DNA of 61,259 nucleotides, the filler included, from Circinaria calcarea (taxonomy: Eukaryota), in the NCBI GenBank assembly GCA_051942165.1. It is 4 parts of 4 records of this genome, joined end to end, with 100 filler letters (N's around TTAATTAATTAA, not from the genome) between each part and the next. Parts side by side here need not be neighbours in the genome. Positions count along the whole stretch, not along the records: positions 1 to 15,260 come from JAVECS010000379.1; positions 15,361 to 30,614 come from JAVECS010000380.1; 2 more parts are not named here. One strand, 5' to 3'. The notes beneath the pieces were generated by a model. The model ran no database searches. It was given only the letters and a program-made list of their open reading frames with translations, and had not been told where the DNA came from. The position numbers and the translations under genes were made by a program. Below, in pieces: positions 14,601 through 28,199 of the stretch (position 1 is its first letter; each line of letters begins with the position of its first letter).

Positions 14601-14836
14601 CATTTGACAATGTACCCTGGGTGGCTACGATGAAGAAAAACGAACACTATTTCCCGACAGTGGAGTTTTTCCGCGATGGAGGCGTGGAAGGTGGATGGAG
14701 GCGGAGGAGGGTTGGCAAGGGGGAAGAGGGAGAGGGGGAAGGGGAGAGCGAGAGTGTTAGTCTTGGGGAAGGAGGCATGGATGAGGGCATGGGACATGAC
14801 TGTGAGGGGGATGATAGTAGAATGTTGAGGGTTTGA
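11631..14836 (+). CDS. NMA111: HtrA-like nuclear serine protease Nma111 (tandem protease/PDZ)
   Basis: [32 protein letters not shown] and catalytic GGSSGSPV motifs, followed by a second protease-like/PDZ half; introns at ~11964-12017 and ~13068-13121. Confidence 0.97.
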
Positions 14837-15001
14837 AGTCCAATGTTTTGTAGAATCGGGTAAGCCATAGAGAGATAGATACAGATGGAGTGCATAGGGG
14901 GAATCAATATCCTCTCGGCTCTTATATACAATAATAAAAAATAAATCTAAATTCTTGCATCTTGTGCATCTCCCGTCTTAGTCCAAGTTTTTAGTTTTTC
15001 T

Positions 15002-15043
15002 TAGTTCCTAGTTCCTAGTTCCCAGTTCCTAGTTCCCAGTTCC
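15002..15043. repeat. 7-bp tandem repeat (YAGTTCC)x6 near the contig end
   Basis: tagttcc tagttcc tagttcc cagttcc tagttcc cagttcc. Confidence 0.8.
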
Positions 15044-15260
15044 AAGTCTCGAACCTAAAACTAGACCTGGAAAAAACTAGGTATCTAATTAGAAAGCTAG
15101 AGTTAAAAGATGGATAGTGCCCGATTCCAAACTTCCTTCCCCCTTTTTTCTCTTTTTTCTTCTCTTCCCTTTCCCTTTCCATCTCTCCCCAACCCTCCCC
15201 AACCCTCCGCAACGACCACAACCAACAACGACAATATTAAAACATCAAAAAGACCCAAGG

Positions 15261-15360
15261 NNNNNNNNNNNNNNNNNNNNNNNNNNNNNNNNNNNNNNNN
15301 NNNNTTAATTAATTAANNNNNNNNNNNNNNNNNNNNNNNNNNNNNNNNNNNNNNNNNNNN
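15261..15360. other. Artificial contig-joining linker (N44-TTAATTAATTAA-N44)
   Basis: 100-bp spacer with stop codons in all six frames, identical at three positions. Confidence 0.99.
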
Positions 15361-16645
15361 TTCTCGGTCTCAATCGCACGATCGTGAACAACCCGCAAGC
15401 GATGGAAGATTGTCTGCTTGAATACTTCCAGGCGACTGCTGCCTTTCCGCGAAACAAGTTTCGTGAAAAGGAGTTGTATGATTCTTTTAAACAGGTATGC
15501 AACTAAACGGAGGACACGTCCTGAGCTCGCCCTTTCCGAGGCTAATCCGGCAATCAGGTCTTAGGTGGATACAAAGCGCTGATCCCAAACTTCTCCGGCT
15601 TCATCGGCCAACTAACGTTGAAGGACCAGCAGAAGCTGATGACCACCTACGAGCTTTAACACATCACCTGCCGGCTCTAGAAGCTGCAATATCTGAAGGC
15701 CAGGGGGAGTACAAACGATCTCACGACTTTACGAATCCACCCGTCCGAATACACTGTGCGGACGTTACACATACTAAAGCGGGCAAGTCTTGGCTCCCTT
15801 CCCCTTTTTGATCCTTCATCTACCTAGATACAACCGACGCATTATGTACCTGCCGCATGCACCTATCTGGCATTAGTCTCATGTATCAACCATGTGTTGG
15901 CGAGCAGGGATCTATGTGCGTCCAAAATAGCATGAGTCTAGCCACATCTGTTACTCAAAGCAACGGTGGCTCCGCTCTGGAGTATTCTTGCATAGGCATC
16001 ATAGGCGTCTTTTGGGTTGGACCCACCCTGGTTCTCTAGCGATTAAGCGTTGCACAAGTCGGGACTGCATGTCCGCACACGGTGGAGAGGTACGATAGAC
16101 TGTACACTGTCTAAGCATTGCACCGCAACAATTTCGCCCGTGATGCTATATTTGCATGATGCTGTAAATGCCCGTCCCTTGTCCTGCTTAGTACACAGCA
16201 AGGGAAGGTCGGGTGCCGGGTGAAGGGCTTACGCTGTCAAGGTCGATTAAAAAAAAACCTCCGAGACCGTTTGGTCTGTGGCACCTTCCCTCTTGGCCAA
16301 AATACCTACGCCCCCTTCATCACTAGCAAGACAGGGCACTCAGCAAGGGAGCCCAGTGTCGCCCATGTAGCGGTGGGTGGAGTCGGTGGAGGCATGTTTT
16401 TCAGGTCGCGGGTAGCCTCCTCGGATGCTGCCGGTGCTCGACCGTTGACCGCAGCAGGTGAGAGTGGGGACGCGCCTGACGGACGGATTCTTACTCGGCT
16501 GGGGTGCAGTCTGACCGAAAGTTTGGGCGTGACCTGTCGAGTCAGCACTTCTCGAAAGTTCTGTATCCCATCACGGCGCTACTCTGTGTGCAGCATTGGA
16601 TTTGAGCGATTGGGCCTGGTGACGTAAAAGCAACCGAGCGGAGGG

Positions 16646-16677
16646 GCAGGTTTAGGCAGGTTTAGGCAGGTTTAGGC
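16646..16677. repeat. 10-bp tandem repeat (GCAGGTTTAG)x3 in a long intergenic region
   Basis: gcaggtttag gcaggtttag gcaggtttag gc. Confidence 0.75.
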
Positions 16678-18864
16678 CGGATTCGACTAAAAGTTTTAAG
16701 GTACGGGTAAGCTTTAGGGAACTCGGGGGATAATTGTGAACACGCTATTGCAGGGATCCGCGATTCCAGCGTTGCGGTTTGGGAACTTTGGGGATGGCAG
16801 CTACTATTTTTGGACGAGGCCAAGGGCACAACCGCTTCGAGGACAGCGGGACGTCATTCCAACTCTTCCATCGTCGATAGGACTGAGACCATGACCAATT
16901 TGGGGGGGGGGGCCATACTTTGAGGAGGCTTACGAGCAATATTTAGCCTCTGGCACTTTGGCCCAGTACTGCCGTATCTACATGGGAGCACGATCGGTAG
17001 CGATCATGCGTGGTGTTGCAGCCGTTGGTGACAAGTGATAGGATTGTGACTGTTTAAAAAAAAGTCACTGGATAGGGCTGGTGGCCGAGGCTGACTGAAA
17101 TGCACCCCATATGTAGGTAGCCAAGAAAGGAGGGGTTCCTAAAAATTGCAGTGCGGCTTCAGCGACCCATAGGCATCAGCCATCATCCCCATGAGAGTGA
17201 ATAATGCCGGGGCACCGCGACGGTAGTAATCAGGGAAGAGGGTGCGTTCCGAACATGGCAACTCGTGTCTGCTCCATGACTTCTGTTGCATGATTCTGCG
17301 GGCGCCGATACATATGGCAGCCAAGCTCGGTGTTTGGTTGCTGGCATCGCGTGCATGAAGACCGGTCACTGGTCAATGGCCGGTGGAAGAAAAGGGAAGA
17401 AAGTGAAGAAGTTTTCCTGCTCTAGCGCTGCAGATTCGCTTCTGCACCCGACCAAAGGGACAAATATAGCAGCCGCCTGGCCGGTTCGGGTCTGGCGTCT
17501 GGCCTTGCTACGACCCATACGGCGTAGGCAAGTCGAGTGCGCGATACGTCTCGTTCCAGTCGTCCTATCACCGCATCTCTTCCGACTTTTGCCAGGAATT
17601 GTCGCCTGAGCGATTCCCGGTTTCCAATTGGAGCAGAGGCAGAGGCAGTGGCAGAAGAAAGAGCTCCTGTCCCAGCCCGCTCCTTAGAGGGATGCAAGTC
17701 ACCACGGAAAGGGTTGGCTGGTGGATCCAATGCCTCCATTATGCTTACCTCCCTCCGGCTGACTCTGACCTCACTTGGGAAGAAGGCCAGAGTGTGGTCC
17801 GCTTCACGTAGACCGCATCCGCATCGACATGCCCTCTGGGGCCGGACGATTGGGTGAGATACAACCCTCTTGGCCCAACATTCTTCGATCGGAGTCTTCT
17901 TTGCACCGCGCTCGTGCTCGTGCTCCAATGAGGACTGCCCAGCCAGCTCCCGGCGACTGTAGCTAGCCCTCTGCCACCGCCGGCACTACTGAGACATGAT
18001 TATTGTCCTCCAATATTGCCTGCTTCGCCGTGACACCCTCGAGAGGCTATGCCCGACGCCAGATGTCATCGCGCTCTGCTCGCTGCTGCCCAGCCAGACG
18101 CGTGAGGGGAAAAGGGAAGGGCAGTCCCGCACCCCGCAAAGGGACAACTCTTTTCGCTGCCAGAGCCGTGACTAGCATGCTGCCCTCGACTGGAGGGAAA
18201 AGGCTTCTGCAGCGGCATCAAGGTACAAATTATCTAATCTGACCAGACTCGGTCACCAGACACAAGCTGAGTTCTATTTTCAGGCCTGTCACGCTACTGG
18301 CGATAACTTGGACTGTCCGCGATTGTACACGGACATGTAACTATACATGCAAGCCTCCATGCTTCTATACCTCTCTCCATTATTTAGAGGCCCCCCCCCG
18401 TCCTCACCGAGTTTTCTTAATGGCCCAATAAACCATCACAGTCCTTTCGAGTCATCGAGTCATAACCTACCGCCGTTCCCCGCGGCTGAAATACATACTC
18501 TCGTTGAAAGTCTCTCGCTTCATATCACGTCCACCCACCCTCGGCTTTGATCCCAGTCCCCACGTTGTTGCTCGTGGCCAACCCAGGCTCCCATCAGCTA
18601 CTCATGTGAATCAACGCTGTTTCGGCGTTCCTCACCTGCACACTCAGCACCTCAGTACCTCGGCAGTCAGCATTTGTCATACTTCGAGGAAATTTCTGGA
18701 TCTACATTACTTTGCCATAACCTGATCTACACATTTGTTCCCTTTCAAAGGTATCCAGCCTTGTAACACCGGGTTGTAGAGTAGCCGCCTAACAATACCG
18801 ACTGGACCCTGAAGCCATCCCGGATCAGTCGTTGTTTACTCCCTCTATCGATTAGCAAAGGATC

Positions 18865-20744
18865 ATGGCCGGACCAGGAGGAGGACCACCGCGAAAGAGC
18901 CATACCAAGTCCCGAAAAGGGTGCAAGACGTGCAAGAGAAGACACATCCGCTGCGATGAGCAATTCCCTCAATGGTAAGTAGCGACTCCAGCCTTGTCAT
19001 CCTTGACTTCACCGCTAACGTTGGAGCAGCCGTAACTGCACCAAGCACAATTGCAGGTGCGATTACATGGACAGTCCTCCCCCGGATGATGCTCCAAAAG
19101 GGCCGAATTTGCTCTGGACTCCCAGCATTGAGACGGAGATCGATACTTGGCAACGCTCGGGAATCTTCCCCTTCCCCGAACTCGGTCTCAGCACACATCA
19201 TCAATTCTCCGTTCTTTCGCGCGACGACTTACGCCTCATCCATCATCTATCGGCCATCTATCGGGAGCTGCAGCGTAAAGGGTTATTGCAATGCACTGCG
19301 TGGGTTGAGAGACTTCCAGCGTATGCCAAACTCACACTCAGTCAACCAGCGGACAGGGACTAACAGACGGAATCTAGTTTCCTTGACACTGCTGCGGGAT
19401 ACGACTTTGTGATGAGTGCCGTTCTGGCGTTTTCCGCGACCCATCTTGCATGGCAATCTCAATCCACTGAAACGATGAATCTTGCTTACCATCACCGTGG
19501 GATTGCTTTCAGCGGTTTGCAAGGAGCACTGACTTCCTTTTCGGTGGAGAATTCGGATCCAATCCTTGCAGCATCCATCCTGCTATCTTGGCAAGCGTCC
19601 GACTGGTAAGTCTCTTCGTCAATACGCAGCTCGAGCGTTTCTAACGAGATTAGGAGCGGATGGACATCGCTCATGGCCGGCATCTCTAGTGTACGGTTTT
19701 TCGGTTGATGTATGATTTTTATGATCGGAAGTTGCTGACACTTGGTAGGTACTATCTACTATGGATGCTTGGAAGGATACCTCTAGGTTTGCTAGCTTCG
19801 TCGAAAATCACGTTGTGTTTCGACCGTCAAATCTCATGCAGCCTCATATAGCCGTATCGGGTGCCCCAGCATTAGCTGAAGACGACGATTCTTTGCTAAA
19901 CGCGATAGAATCTTTGCAACGACTAAGACTGTACCTTCAAAACGATGATTCTCTCCGTCAACCCGTCCAGGACATACTTGATTCCGCCCGGAAAGTCCAA
20001 AGTTACAGCGCAGTCTTGCGGCCTGAACAGCTGTTTGAAAAGCTCGGCTCTCTGCGCTCGATGCTTCTTTGGATGCCTATTTTGCTCCTCCAAGGCGCTG
20101 GAGTCAGAATTGTCGATATTCAAGTCATCGCGCATTTATACTCCACAGCGCTAGCCGTCGATGCATCCATTCCAGAGCTCGGCGGAGCATCTTTTGGTGT
20201 TTTGACTACCGGACCAATCGAAGAGATCGACCGTATGGTCAAATATAGCCAGCGCCGGAATTCAGATCCCAGTAGAGCAGATGACCTGATGCAATTCCCC
20301 CGTCACATTTCGTCCAGGATTCGATACCAGAGAGCCTCTAGCTCACAATTATCGGAGAACCCTCTAAGCGGGCAGCAAAGCTCATTTGGCTTTCAAGGCT
20401 TACATCTCAACTCTGCGCCTAGTACGCCCGGATTTCCGGGAACATATCCCGTGTTTTCGAACCAGAACATCGAAGACCTAAGTGGCCCGCCATCACCTTT
20501 CTTGCAAGGCCATGTGTCCTCTGGCGCTCGTCGATATTCACAACGCGTCGAGCGTTCACCCAGGCCCAGCTCTATCACTGCGTTCGACCACAGATCGTTC
20601 AGCCCATTCAACCAGCGGGGTCCCTCCCCTACGTATTCTCCTTCATATTCGCCGGGCTATTTTGATCAAGAGCCAGGTATGAGGTATGGAGAATGTTCAC
20701 CTGGACATGTTGGAGGGTTCGTGGCCCCTACTGCTTGGACCTGA
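18865..20744 (+). CDS. Zn2Cys6 transcription factor, Upc2/Ecm22-like architecture (C6 cluster plus Fungal_trans_2-type domain)
   Basis: MAGPGGGPPRKSHTKSRKGCKTCKRRHIRCDEQFPQC|RNCTKHNCRCDY with six Cys; FVMSAVLAFSATHLAW and ILAASILLSWQ motifs; four GT-AG introns. Confidence 0.92.
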
Positions 20745-21359
20745 GGGCCGACCTGACATTCCTTACCCAGGGACATTCCGAATCCTGAGCCTTTGAGCAA
20801 AGGTAGGAAAGATGGGTCAACTAAGTCTGATAATGCTCGGAACGCCTGAAACCAGTCCGCTAATACAAGCACTGCCCATGACGACGTGTAATGTACGAAT
20901 TTACGAGTGGTAATACGAATGTACGATGGGATTATTAGATTGTCGACTTGTTGCATTTTGGCAGGATATCCACAGGTGTTTGGATGGAAGACTCGGTGAA
21001 AAACAAAGCGACTCTTCCTGGTGATTGGGTCTCTTTCGGGTGTATATGGAAACGCGTCCGATGGAACTACTGGAATTTAGCATTTGAACGTCTCGTGAAC
21101 AGGAATGTCGTTAGCCTTTTAAAAAAAGCTCAAGCGATTTCTCCATAGTGACTGTGATCTACTGTATTCTGGCCCTATAACTAGAATGGAGATAGTAGAG
21201 CTTAGGGTTTTGGTGAAATTCCTTCGTAGACAATTCGATCGACCTTGCAGTCTGGACATTGGAGTCTCTTGGCCCAAGGGTGCTTCCTTCGCTAGCGTCT
21301 AAAAACTCGTGACTTGGTTTCTCGCCTGACGTTTTCTCAATACTTCAGTTAAATAAGAA

Positions 21360-22498
21360 ATGTCGGGAGGATGGAACACCATCGAGTCGGATGCTGTCAG
21401 TAACGGAGCCCATTCCCTTTACCTTCAACAAAGTCCGGATCACTGACGAGTCACCCCCAGGGTGTCTTCACCTACTTGGTTGATAGCCTCGGGGTAAAGG
21501 ATGTCCAGTTTGAGGAGCTTATTGCTCTCGATGGGGAGTATTTGAGACAACAAGGGTAAAGGGCATCTCCTCAAGCTAAGCTACGGGCTTTCTCCGACTT
21601 GCTCACCGTCAGATAGGCCGGTCTATGGTGTCATTTTCCTTTTCAAATATCCTACCGGCGAAAAGCCTACCGATGTGCCTAAAGATGGCCACTTCGACTA
21701 CGAGGGCGCCGAGAGCCTCTTCTTCGCATCCCAAACCATCCAAAATGCTTGTGGTACACAAGCTCTGCTATCCGTCTTGTTAAATCAAGATGGACAAGTG
21801 GATATCGGACCACAATTACGAGACTTCAAGGAGTTTACCGGGGCATTTCCTTCAGAGGTGGGCTTCATCGATAAGGCTCGTCAGTGAAAAGGTTATGTTG
21901 GCTAAGACGGTGCCAACAGCTGCGCGGGGAGGCCCTGTCAAATTCGGAACTCATTCGCGACGTGCACAATTCTTTTGCCCGGGCGTCACCTTTTATCGAC
22001 GAAACCCAGCGGACAGCGACGGATGATGATGACGTCTACCACTTTATCGCATACACACCTATTAATGGCGCTCTGTACGAACTGGACGGCCTCCAACCAG
22101 CACCGATATCCCATGGTCCTTGCTCTTTCGACGAGTTTCCCGACAAAGTCATTCCGGTTCTGCAGCGTCGGATAGAACGCTATCCGGCGAATGAGATCCG
22201 TTTCAACCTTCTCGCAATGGTGCGAGATTTACGAATACGAGCTCGGGAGATTGGGGACCAAGACTGGCTCTATCGGGAGGAACAGAAGCGGAATGCGTGG
22301 CAGTGGGAAAATGCGTTGAGGAGACATAACTTTGTGGGTTTTGTGAGTGAGATCTTGAAAGGGGTGGTCAGGGCGAAATTGACGGAGGGCGGAGGGGCTT
22401 ATGAAAAGTGGGTGGAGGAAGCAGTGAAGAGGACCAGGAAGAGGTTGGAGGAGAGGGGCAAGAAGGGGGCTGGGATGATGGAGGAAGACACCTCATAG
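21360..22498 (+). CDS. UCH37: Ubiquitin C-terminal hydrolase, UCH37/UCH-L5 type
   Basis: MSGGWNTIESDA|GVFT, catalytic QTIQNACGTQA, YHFIAY and LYELDGL motifs; C-terminal ULD WQWENALRRHNF. Confidence 0.95.
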
Positions 22499-22920
22499 TC
22501 GCCAGGGAGGCATTGAGCTGAAGCATGACGTACTATCAATACATTACAGGCAATAAGATGACTGTGGTCACGTGCAAGCACTGTAAATTACCTTTGTAAC
22601 AATCATCAATGAAAGACCGAAAATGCACTTTCGACCTAAATACTCTTTACTTGAGCGTAAAGGGGTTCAAACTTCCTTTTGAGTATGCCTCATTTGGCCT
22701 TGCGGAGCGTCTAAGGGAAGACCGGCCAACCTCAAGCGTGGCGCATGGCGTTGAGAGTATTCTAGAGTACCACCCCCCACCACTACTATTTGTATACGGC
22801 AAGGTCTCGGTCCAACCAATGCAAACGTCTGACATTACTGCTTCTTAACCAAATCAGCACTCCGCAGTCACTTTGACATTCTTTGAATCATTAAGATGCG
22901 ATATCCTTATTGACCCAACC

Positions 22921-24559
22921 ATGGCGACTACCGCTCCCAGATTTGCAACGTCATACCTCGATCCGCGTCCAACGCCTAGAATACCACCGAGGGACGAGGG
23001 TTCGTGGCGAGAGGTACCCTATGAAAATACGAATATCGTCATTAGTATCACCGGCAACGATGGCTCTACCGGCAAGGGCATCCTCATTGGCATGCTCTCG
23101 GCTTTTGGATCGGCTGGTTTCGTTGCGCTCATCTTCGCCATCATATACTTCTTCCGGTACACAAGTCGCGGAAGGATAATACTGGATCGCATAGGTCGGC
23201 CTGGTGAATATGACGACGAGCAAGCTTTCGCAAAGGAGGAGGCGGAAGCTTTGGAGGCGATGGACGATTTGCAAAGGGCGGAATACATGCGAGCCAAGGG
23301 TACGTCAAGGAGCGTGTCAATCGTTGAATGTATACGGAGCATGGGAGCTAATGAATCGCTGGTTGTACAGCCTTTATCCAAGCCAACCCGCCCGAAACCA
23401 TGCAGACGGACATCTCCCTTTCCCAGTTCCTAGCCATCCAAGAAAAGGGCGTTTCGGCGTGGGAGTTTGAGCCTGAGCTGGAAATTGCCAATTGCTTCGT
23501 TGAAGGACGGACGGAGATTGAATTTTTTGATTCGGAGTGCAGTGTGCAAAGCAACTTACCTATTCCAAAGCAGAACGAGGTTTACTATTGGGAGTCTAAA
23601 ATCTACGACAAGCCCGAGTCATCCCTCATCAGTATTGGCATGACTACGAAACCATATCCCCTCTTCAGGCTACCCGGTATGCGAGGCCATCATCTCGCTC
23701 CTTGATCATGCGCTGACACTCCCCAGGATGGCATAAAACTTCGATAGCGTACACGTCTACTGGCCAGCGACGGTACAACCAACCATTTACGCCCACACCT
23801 TACGGCCCTGAGTACGTGCAAGGTGATGTAGTTGGCGTGGGCTACCGCCCTCGTACGGGTACGGTTTTTTTCACCCGCAACGGGAAGAAACTTGATGATG
23901 TGGCGCATGGCTTGAAAACCCAGAATTTCTTCCCTACGGTCGGTGCCAATGGGCCGTGTACCGTACACGTGAACTTTGGGCAGAGTGGGTTTGTGTTTAT
24001 AGAAGCAAACGTTAAGAAGTGGGGCCTGGCTCCAATGACAGGTAGTCTGGCGCCACCACCGCCATACGGCAGCGAGCAGGGCAGCATTCTCCTCGAGACG
24101 GGCCGAGAAAGTGCCCAGAATAGTCGTGGAGGTTACCCTGGCCATGGTCGATCGTGGAGTAGGTTTGGGGCGATTGGAGGACCAACGAGCCCCGGTCCCG
24201 TCCGGTCGCCTACCGATATATCCCTCGCCCAATTAGCACATATCCCTTCGAATGAGGATATTGGCGAAGGATCAAGTCGGGACGTCTCGGGTGCTTTGGA
24301 TAATGCAGCAAATGCTGCGCTCGCTCTGCAGACTGATCCAGGCCTTGGAATCAACCCGCATGATTACGGGGCACCGCCGCCCGAGTATACCAGTCCGCTA
24401 GGCAGCCGGAGAAGCAGTGGGGGGTCGGAACACGAGGAACGACCGCTCCCCAGTCCTATGTCACGGCAACCGCCCGTACCGAGTTACGATGCCGCGATGG
24501 AGAATGAACCGAGGCAGCGGTATGAGGAGGACGACGCTTCTGGTAGTTCAAGGTCATGA
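22921..24559 (+). CDS. SSH4: SPRY-domain Rsp5 adaptor Ssh4
   Basis: Single TM segment; QEKGVSAWEFEP, VQSNLPIPKQNEVYYWE, KPYPLFRLPG, HVNFGQSGFVFIEANVKKWGLAP; PY motifs PPPY and PPEY. Confidence 0.93.
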
Positions 24560-25364
24560 TCATTTCAATGTCATTGTGTGGGGGAAATTTAGCGGTTGGG
24601 AGTTGGATGTTATTCTGGGATACTACGCAATGCAACGGGAGGAACAAAATCTCCACGGGGACGTTATATGATGGTTCCTCCGCTGTGCCAGGAGTCGAGG
24701 TGGGTGGGGAAGTAGGGAGTTGTGCATAGCGTTTCTGCGGTGAAAATAATCGTCTCTCGTTGTATAACATTACATCCGACTGCCGCATACTTGACTCTCC
24801 AAACTGATTTCAACCGTAGACTACTGTCTGTTTCCGCATTGCGTCTGTTCCGTCATTATTTAGGATGAACTCTTTAGTATATGTAGTTGACGGAAGGCGC
24901 GCTTATCAGCCTTATGATCGAAGGCGGCCCGCCGTTTGGCAGAAGGAATGAAAGCGGTGCTTTATTTAGACTTTGCTATCCATCTGTGAGGTACCAACAG
25001 TTCTCCATGCTTCTTACCACGCGACCGGCACAATGCAGCTGGTATGATCCACCCAACGTTACCACTCCGCGCCTGTTACACGGGCTGATCCCGCAAGAAA
25101 CACACCGCCTTCGGACGAGTTTGGGCTAAGGCCGCCATTCTTTTGCCGGATAGCTGCATTCAGAAGTCGGCCCGTACAGCGTATTTCAGACCTCGAAACG
25201 TTGGGAGCTGCCAGTTTTTGCCTTGTCGCTCGGTGAAATCTTCCCCGGCCCCTGTTGGGGGGATAGGGGACTGGCCAGAGGCAAATCAATTTCTGCACAT
25301 TCTGGATAACCATCCAACGATTCAATAAATCCCCCGTTCGGCGCAGTATTGGAGTCGAGCTTCG

Positions 25365-27361
25365 ATGAGACGGAGTGGGGAGGAGGCGGCAGGTGAAGCC
25401 CCTCGGTCACCTGCCTTTCAGGTCATAGTGCTCGTAAGTGCGGAATAACAAACTACAGGAATGTAACGTCAACCAGGGAGTGGTTTCTTTTATCCAACGC
25501 TGCGGGCGATAGGGCTGCACATGCGCGTTCAGTTTGGTGGTTCATCGTCTACCATTGTTTCGGGAAACTCGTTTGCACCGGGGTGAATTTCAGGAACAGG
25601 ACCAGTCCCATCAGCTTACCCTTGATGTGTATGCTTCGCAGACCTTAGCTTACAATCCTAGATCTGCGTACTTTGTGCATTGGTGCGAGGTTCCTTCGTG
25701 TATGCATGCTGACGACGTGTGCATAGGGCGCGGGCGGCGGACCCAGCGAGGATAATGTCACGGGCTTGTTAGTTCGTTCCACGGCCATAAATTGGAGCAG
25801 AGGATCAGTTTTGGCTGTAGATGGTGGTACGCATCTTGCTCCCATCATTAGGATTCTCGAGGAGCACCTACCCCGTGCCATACGAGGAAGAAAAAGTGAA
25901 TCTGGTGCAGCTCCAGATCAGCCAAGTAGGTCCAGACCTTCACTACCAGTCAACGACGAACTTTCTCCAGCCATATCGCCCTGTACAACCCAATCCTCAG
26001 GCTATATTACGGATCTTCCAGAGCCGAGAGCAGGGTCTCCAGCACCGGTCGATCCTACAAAAGCAAAACTGCTTTTGACCTCGGGCCCATTTGCGAACCT
26101 GGCTGTTCCATTCGACAATGCAAGAGCAAATGCGGCATATCTAATCCGAGACTTGATATCTACTTGGATTATAACGCATCCTCATCTCGATCATTTGTCT
26201 GGCTTCGCTATTAATACCGCCTCGTTTACACACACTACCCGAGCTAAAAAACTGGCGGCGCTACCCTCAACTATCGATGCTATCAAGAACCATATTTTCA
26301 ACGACATTATCTGGCCCGACCTCTCCGATGAAGATGGTGGAGTAGGTTTGGTTAGCTACATGCGTCTCGTCGACGGCGGAAATGTCGCTCTAGGTGACGG
26401 CGAAGGCAGAGGTTACATTGAAGTCGTCGATGGCCTTACTGTCAAATCCTGGAGCATTAGTCATGGCAGCTGCATGAAAGGACCAAGCCATCGAGTCAGT
26501 TCCACTAGCAATTCCCAAGACTCATTTGTGCAGCATCCTTCTTCACGGAGGGCTTCACGAGTTGCCACTTCCCCTTCCAGCTTTCGTTCCCACCGTGGCA
26601 GCCAAGGTAATGTCGAAAGCGATAACGTATGTGTATACGATAGCTCTGCATTCTTCATCCGCGATGAGGAGACTGGACGAGAGGTCCTGATTTTCGGCGA
26701 TGTTGAGCCTGACGTCCTATCTAAATATCCACGCACGGCGCGTGTATGGAATGATGCGGCTCCAAAGATTGCGGCTGGATTGCTGACCGGTATCTTTATC
26801 GAGTGCTCATACGACGACTCCCAGCGAGATGATTTACTATTCGGTCATTTAGCCCCTAAATATCTGGTTGCAGAATTGCAGGTTTTAGCAGAGAAAGTAA
26901 AACTGGCAAAAAAATCACATGCAGAGGAAACGCTGCGAAAACGAAAAAGGCCAAGTAACGGATTCGGCAAGCCCGATCCTGATGCTTGGAAGCTACGGGG
27001 AAGAGACCTACAACAGACACGTAGGCGAGTTACCGACTCAGGTTTGGGAACCCCGTCACGCATGTGCGAAGACCCCATGGTTAGTGAATCAGCAACTTTA
27101 CCCCTAGTGATGCGCCGGACTTCAAATGACCCTGGCGAGAACCCGAACACCTCTTCGCCCTTGAAAGAGCTGCACCGCTCATCCTTAGACCAGAAACCAT
27201 TGCAAGGCTTACAGATTATCATCATCCATATCAAAGATACCCTACGGGATGGTCCACCTGTAAGCGAAACTATTTTAGCGGAACTACAGGAACATGAGGA
27301 GGAGGCTGGGCTTGGCTGTCACTTTGTGATTTCGAAGTCTGGGGAGAGTGTTTGGCTCTGA
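25365..27361 (+). CDS. PDE1: Class II (low-affinity) cAMP phosphodiesterase
   Basis: AFQVIVL|GAGGGPSEDNVTG, LAVDGGT, class II signature ITHPHLDHLSG, HIFNDIIWP, FGDVEPD, IFIECSY, LFGHL and IIHIKD; intron 25434-25726. Confidence 0.95.
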
Positions 27362-28199
27362 CTCATGGAGAGAGAAAAGGGAGAGCCGTGTCGAATTTGG
27401 ATATACGGTCTGTTTATGTACCACATGTCTGGCTTGCCGACGATAGACCTGGTGGCTATCTCTGTTTCGGGAGCATAAGAGGAGCTAGGAGCCAAAGCCT
27501 AAAGGCTTGCTTGCGGTTATACGTGCGTACATATATGTATCTCATACTTCATGCGCTCATAGTATGCGTCATTCCGTTTCGTCCTTGAGTTCTTAGAGTA
27601 CTTATATTAGGAGTCTATGGCAGGATATTTCTATTTTTGAGGAGATTTGCGCTCGGACCATCCTCCCCTCTGTATATCCACGTACCGATGCTGTTTACTT
27701 TACTGCAACCAAGTACGTGTGTCACGGGAGTGCAAGCATGTAGATGATGGAAATAGAATTGATTGATTATATTTACTGCCTACTCAAAAGCTTTATTGCC
27801 CGCAGGCTCGCCTGCTCCTTTCTCCTTTCCTCTATCCTATGACAACGTGCCATGCTAATGCAGATGAACATGTCTACCAGCCTTAGCATGTTTTTCCAGA
27901 GATATATACGAGACTTATTTGTCAAATTTGGTCCGCCAAATCACCTTACAGCAACAAACTCATGACCCTTAATGGATGTAGCTTAGGATCTGGTGACGCT
28001 AGTGACCTACGTGGATAAAAACAGAAGAGAAATTCGAAGACCGTTCTTTAGCGAATTCCAGACCTAGGTTTTACTATACCTGTGAATAAGACATGGTCAT
28101 CTGTGGTTCCGACCTTCAATGCGTTGGTTTGAGGCTGGACTACGTATAAGCGAGACACTTTACAACATGCAGACCTTCAACACCGCAGCTGCAATGTCA

